DNA of 64,000 bases, taken from NCBI GenBank assembly GCA_973895155.1, contig OZ316894.1:21795867-21859866 (forward strand), read 5' to 3'. The notes beneath the pieces are model-generated. The model saw only the letters and a list, made by a program, of their open reading frames with translations, made no database searches and was not told the DNA's origin. The stretch is from Marsupella aquatica (lineage: Eukaryota; Plantae; Marchantiophyta). Shown here piece by piece: positions 59,166-64,000 of the stretch (positions within the stretch are counted from its first letter, which is position 1; each line of letters begins with the position of its first letter). The translations under genes were made by a program, and so were the position numbers.

Positions 59166-62100
59166 CTACTGCTGGGGTGTACCCATGGGACTCTGCGTCT
59201 TTTGTAAAACCTTTTTCCTCACATTTGGTGTGCGCAATGCTCCTTCAACTGCAAAACGCACCAGAAACAATCACTTCAAGAATAATAAACTAACAGTGAA
59301 ATCGCAAAAGTCTGCCAACTGCTTTTGAAACCGAGAATCGAAGTGGCCTAGCTTACCTTGCCATTCCCATACAATCTTCATTTCTCCTTTCACCTTCTTT
59401 TGATACTGATCTATTCGAGAATCTTCTCTCACAAAGTCCTCGATCTGTTGCAAGGACACATGAGGACATTTCAAAATTATTACAGACCTTAATGTCCAAC
59501 ATATAAGTCTACCAGACTATAGTTGTCATCTGTGCATACCTCAATCTCATCTGCCCCATATCATTATTTCCTCACGCATTTGAAGAATAAAGTACTAGGG
59601 AACTTCAAATGCGGTTAGGAGAGTAGAGATTCCAAAGCACAAAAACGCACATAAGCAATGTTCTAAGTTGGTTGGCGACAATCTCTCACCTGCCTCCAAA
59701 GCGCTGTCCATTTTCTCTCACTGGGCAAAAGTACATGGTCTCTAAGACGAGAAACCACCACCCAAGGCTCTCCTTTCCCTATTTCCCTCGATTCCAAAGC
59801 CGTTTCTTCTAACGCTTCACATACCTGAATTTCGTCCAATTCAGGTGGTGAAACACCACTGTCTACATCAGTCATGTGCTAGGTCATATGAAAACCCAAA
59901 TTCATGGGTCCTAATTAGGTTAAGCTGCTACTCAAACCATGTTACGCTAAATGGATAGCAGTGAACTTCAAATGACACAAAAAGGAAACAAAGACAAAGT
60001 GATGAACCTGAAGGTAAACCTCCTCTGCTCGGGCCTTCAATTTCCTACGCCTGACGTATTTGATTATGAACGAAGTCCCAAGGAGAGCCTGTTTCAGTAC
60101 AATCATGGGATCTCAGACAAAGCTTAAAGATGGAATACTCATCCAAAATATTAATTGCGAAAACCCATGACGGGTAATCAATCCTATGCATATACTTACC
60201 ACTGGAGATGTGAGGACCAAGACAAAAAGATTTGTCCAAATCCATTCCCTGATCTGACAGCTCAAAGGTTTATACGCTTGAACCAACTCTCTTGGGCAGC
60301 TGAAAATGCGTTTCCTGCAACAAGACTAATCACGTATCTCGTGAGACAGATGCCATAAATTCCTTAATTCTGGAGTCCAATACCTCACTATGGCGCTCTG
60401 ACCTGGGAAAGGAGAACTGCAAGACTTGACAGGAGTGTGCATAAAGAAACCAACCCTTCAAGGTCATTTAGCTTGGCGATGCTACCTTCAGCAATTCTCG
60501 CCATTTTCTCCCAGACTAGCTGCCAAGACTTATCATCCAATCCGAGCTGGTCCTGTATACCTTGTTCTAACAAATACGCCTTAGCTTCATCATGTGTCAG
60601 CTGTGCAAAAATGAATATTTTTAGTGACCACGGCTGCATTCCGTATAAAGTAACGCCTCCGACACGTTAGGTACCCATATCTGGTAGATATATTGAATCC
60701 CAAAAAACGAAGATTGTCCAGATAAATGCACATCATTGGGCAGCCTATCAAGTAGCCAGGAACAAAGCTACTCACTAGTGAGAATATGCACCCACAACCT
60801 TGAAACTGCCTACTAGTGTCAGACAGAGAGACCCTCGCAACGAGAGTTCAACACACATACACCTTGGAAGACTTATTCAGCCGCAAATTCATGTAAAATC
60901 TCCCCGCGACCAACTATGCCGAGAAGTCTTGCCTGGCAAAAGTCAATACGAATCCAGTGCAGAAAAATTAAGGAGTCCGGAGTAGAGCCACACCCGAACT
61001 GGCCCAGATGCACCATCACAGACAGCACGAGCAGCTAGCCCGCAGATATGATTAGTTAGGTAGACCATCTGCACATTCCCGAAAAATCGAAGAGGATGAG
61101 AGCACATTACTTTTCGGTAGATGTTAACAATCTAACCTCTTCCCTTCAAACGAAAATGACTTCTTGATCCTCATCATCTCCCAAATCACATCATTAAAAC
61201 TGATTTTGAAGCTGCACAGAATAGAAAATGTCTTACTAGTGTCTCAGCAGTTTGGTCGATCTCCTTGTCTTCCACACATGATTTGCCAACCCTCTTAAAT
61301 CCAACAAAGCATTCCAGTATACCATCCCGACACGAACCATTTGCAGGGCATGGAATACAATCGTCTGCATGCAAGTATACAGACATGGCGATCAGTGGCC
61401 AAGAGCAAGAAAGTCTTCATCACTCAAAATGGCATGGGCTATAGGTCGTAAATTACAAACACCAAGCATCAACCAGCCCTAAAATCCTGAAATGAGAAAA
61501 GAATTTGTAGGAACACGCTTCTGTGGCTTAAGTAAACTCCAACATTCTCAGTCCCAAATCTACTCCTATGAATGAACGACGTAAAGTGAACATATCTTGA
61601 GACCAAAATTCTTCACAGCTTCCAAGTAGATTACAGAAAGAACGAAGAGTCCTCTGCATTTAAATGACAAAGATGAGTTTCTTTACCCTAAATCTTAATT
61701 TGTGCCAAAGATTCTTCAGAATTTTATCCCCATTTCAGAGAGTATCGAGATAACCCTGAGCCAAAGGTACAATGAACGGTGTCTTTACCCTTTACCTGAA
61801 ACTGCATTTAATGCCCTAATTACACATTGGACTCGATGAAGAGGGAAAACAAAACCATGCATGATGAGCATCCCACTACAACCGATCAAAATCTCTTCTA
61901 CCCCAAAGTTGATAGAAATTCACATCAAATTTAGAAGGTGGATTTCACTGAACGTCAGCCCGTTTCCCCAAGATAATGCACCTGGAATTCTCGCCTTCAT
62001 CATGTCGTGGCTGTCACAAAAGGGCTTCAGCTGCTGTTGGATCCATTCAACTGTTTTGAATCCCCCGGTTGCTACCAGCCAGGCAACCACGGCCATGGCC

Positions 62101-62339
62101 AGCACCTGAAAGACCTGCCCCGGCAAGGACAGAGAGGCGTCCGACTTTCTCGACAGCTCTCTCTCTTTACTAGTGCTGCTGCTGGCCCCTGCTGTGCTCT
62201 TCGGCTCTTTCTTGACGCTGTGCAGCACTCTGTGGTGCTCGCCTGACAGAGGAGGCTGTGGGAAAGCAGAATTCGTCGTCTTCGGCAGGGTTTTGGGAGT
62301 CCGGGGCGGTGGAGATGAAAACACTGAACCCGAACTCAT
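59166..62339 (-). CDS. MAN1: MAN1/Src1p C-terminal (MSC) domain inner nuclear membrane protein, 9 exons
   Basis: Exons 62339-61982, 61364-61237, 61068-60994, 60600-60455, 60314-60200, 60088-60008, 59824-59690, 59444-59357, 59248-59166. Layout is TM1, PFCDS, luminal CIPCPANGSC...CVED, YKPLSCQIREW, TM2, then EPWVVVSRLRDHVLLPSERK..LWRQIEDFVREDSRIDQY....GE.KIVWEWQVEG, as in plant MAN1. Confidence 0.9.
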
Positions 62340-62859
62340 CCTGCTCCTCTTCGCTCTCAGCAATGTCGAAAGTTTTCACCGACCACCACCTCTGTCTTCT
62401 CAATCAGCCCTTGCGGACCAGTCCTCGATCAACTGAATTTGAGCGTTAGTTCACATACTGCAGTCATCCAAGCACAAGGCAAAAGGCCCTCTCTGGACTG
62501 TTTCTCTGGAAAACCTCATTCTCCTAGACTCCATGTCCAATGCTCCTGCGAGAGTGCAATTGCGTCTCTCCATATCTGAAGCTACGTCAACATTTAACAT
62601 TCTCGCTCCTCAATTCCCTTGATTTGCTCCTGCTGGTCTTGGGAACGCATTCCTTGCATTTATGTTGTGTGCGCGGGTGCTTTGCTAGTTGGAAGTAATG
62701 CTTCCTTCACATGTACTACATCACATTTTTTAAGGCTTCATCTATTTTGTGTGCGCGAGTGCTATGCTACTTTAAAGTATCTAGACTACCCATTCTTTTA
62801 CTTAGAATATATATTGTCTGTGCAAACCCCCATATATCACACAGTGCCAAAAAGACAGG

Positions 62860-64000
62860 ATTGCTAACCCTGGAGACATGATCCCCAAAGCAAAAAACCC
62901 AATAAAGGGAATGACCCCAGGATGACCAAAGAGGCCCAACAAGTCGAGGAGTATCACACAGTAACTAAAAAACTAAGGAACAAACTAAAAACCCTACTGG
63001 GCTGTAAACCGAAAAAGTCTAGTAGAGCTTGGGAGTAAACCGCATAGGAGAGTCACGGAGTGGAATATGTCTAGAGGCCGTAAAACCAACTCCCTCGGCC
63101 CTACAAAGAATAGTGAAAGCCTGGGCCCTCTGAAGTCCACCGACACCCTTTGTCGAAAGAAGGCTGTGAGGATAAAAATAGGGGGAAAAAGACTACGTTC
63201 AATACAAAACACAACACAAGCCCAAAGGAGGTGGTCAAAACGAGGGTGGAGAGCACCAAGCCCAAAGGAATTGATCAAAACCCCAGTCAAAACTAGGGTG
63301 GAGAGCACCAAAGACCTCAAGGGCAAATGGGTAGAAAGTTCCCATGGGTAACAACCACATAAAGGAGGAAACAAACACCACCATAAAGAGGCCAAAAAGG
63401 GCCCACCCATGGGAGAGCCAGAAGGGGAAGTCACATTAGACTCCCCCACCAGACCATACCTAACAAGACACAGTCCCCCATAGGAACACCTAGTACCAGC
63501 ACCCTACCTAAAATCCCACCAGCCCGTAATAGTGGAGACCCCCCAGTACCTAACCAAAATGACCTCAGAGAGAAGCAGAGAGAACCCAACTATCTCCATG
63601 CACCAGCCATTTATGAAGCTGAACATCAATCCACCCCTTGGCTTGAAGCAACCGCGTCTGCTTCCTGCCAAAAGGGGACCGCCTGCCCACCGCAAGCTGG
63701 TGGTGGGAAAGCACCCAACGTAAGTCAAAGCACCGTCGTCCCCCCAGTTGGAACACATGTTCATTGCAACCCAACCACAGCTGCCATAAAACCTGATAGA
63801 TAACGCATAGTTTGACAGGATTTGCACCAACCTTACCCATGGCTTTGTCCAGCATTCTCAGCCACCCGCCCGCCGTTTGAATCCTAATCGCTTGCAGAGC
63901 AAACCGGACTACCCATTCTTTTGAATGTAAATATAGGTGACAAAAAAAAACCGTCCAAGAAATAAATTGGTTATTAGTCATTTATGATTTGTCCACATTC
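62860..64000 (-). mobile_element. Degenerate LINE (L1-like) 3' end and 3' UTR, continuing past the window edge
   Basis: ORF 63565-63981 has VIYQVLWQLWLGCNEHVF, a variant of the LINE ORF2 C-terminal W.IW..RN..VF motif, followed by a GT-rich 3' tail. No introns. Confidence 0.6.

Noticed and set aside
60330-60387. Alternative MAN1 acceptor at 60388
   Set aside because: Leads to an in-frame TGA; the acceptor at 60315 keeps the frame and the conserved CP...YKP..C motif.

Overview
Eukaryotic land-plant nuclear DNA, most likely a bryophyte and possibly a liverwort (inferred from gene and intron style and the TE ORFs). It is not prokaryotic, so the ORF track mostly shows single exons and noise. I spliced seven intact genes by hand using GT-AG sites and reading-frame continuity: p23 HSP90 co-chaperone (+), a TPT-family nucleotide-sugar/sugar-phosphate transporter (-), MTA/SAH nucleosidase (-), a PILS/auxin-efflux-carrier-like transporter (-), NUP43 (-), CDC20 (+) and MAN1-type inner nuclear membrane protein (-). 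An orphan, apparently broken copper amine oxidase exon lies at the left edge. Intergenic DNA (about 0.4-4.5 kb, 14.4-29 kb, 32.9-34.6 kb, 42.7-47 kb, 50.2-52.7 kb and 62.9-64 kb) is decayed TEs, MITEs, Helitron-like elements and tandem repeats. The best leads are: (1) the PILS-like carrier has a long N-terminal extension resembling a plastid transit peptide plus twin-arginine/AxA signal; (2) a small Helitron-like family with an empty and a filled insertion site side by side; (3) a satellite built around a MITE terminal repeat; (4) an adjacent NUP43-CDC20-MAN1 trio with MSA-like promoter motifs. I found no rRNA, tRNA or CRISPR, and I cannot demonstrate a wholly new multi-gene system from the sequence alone.
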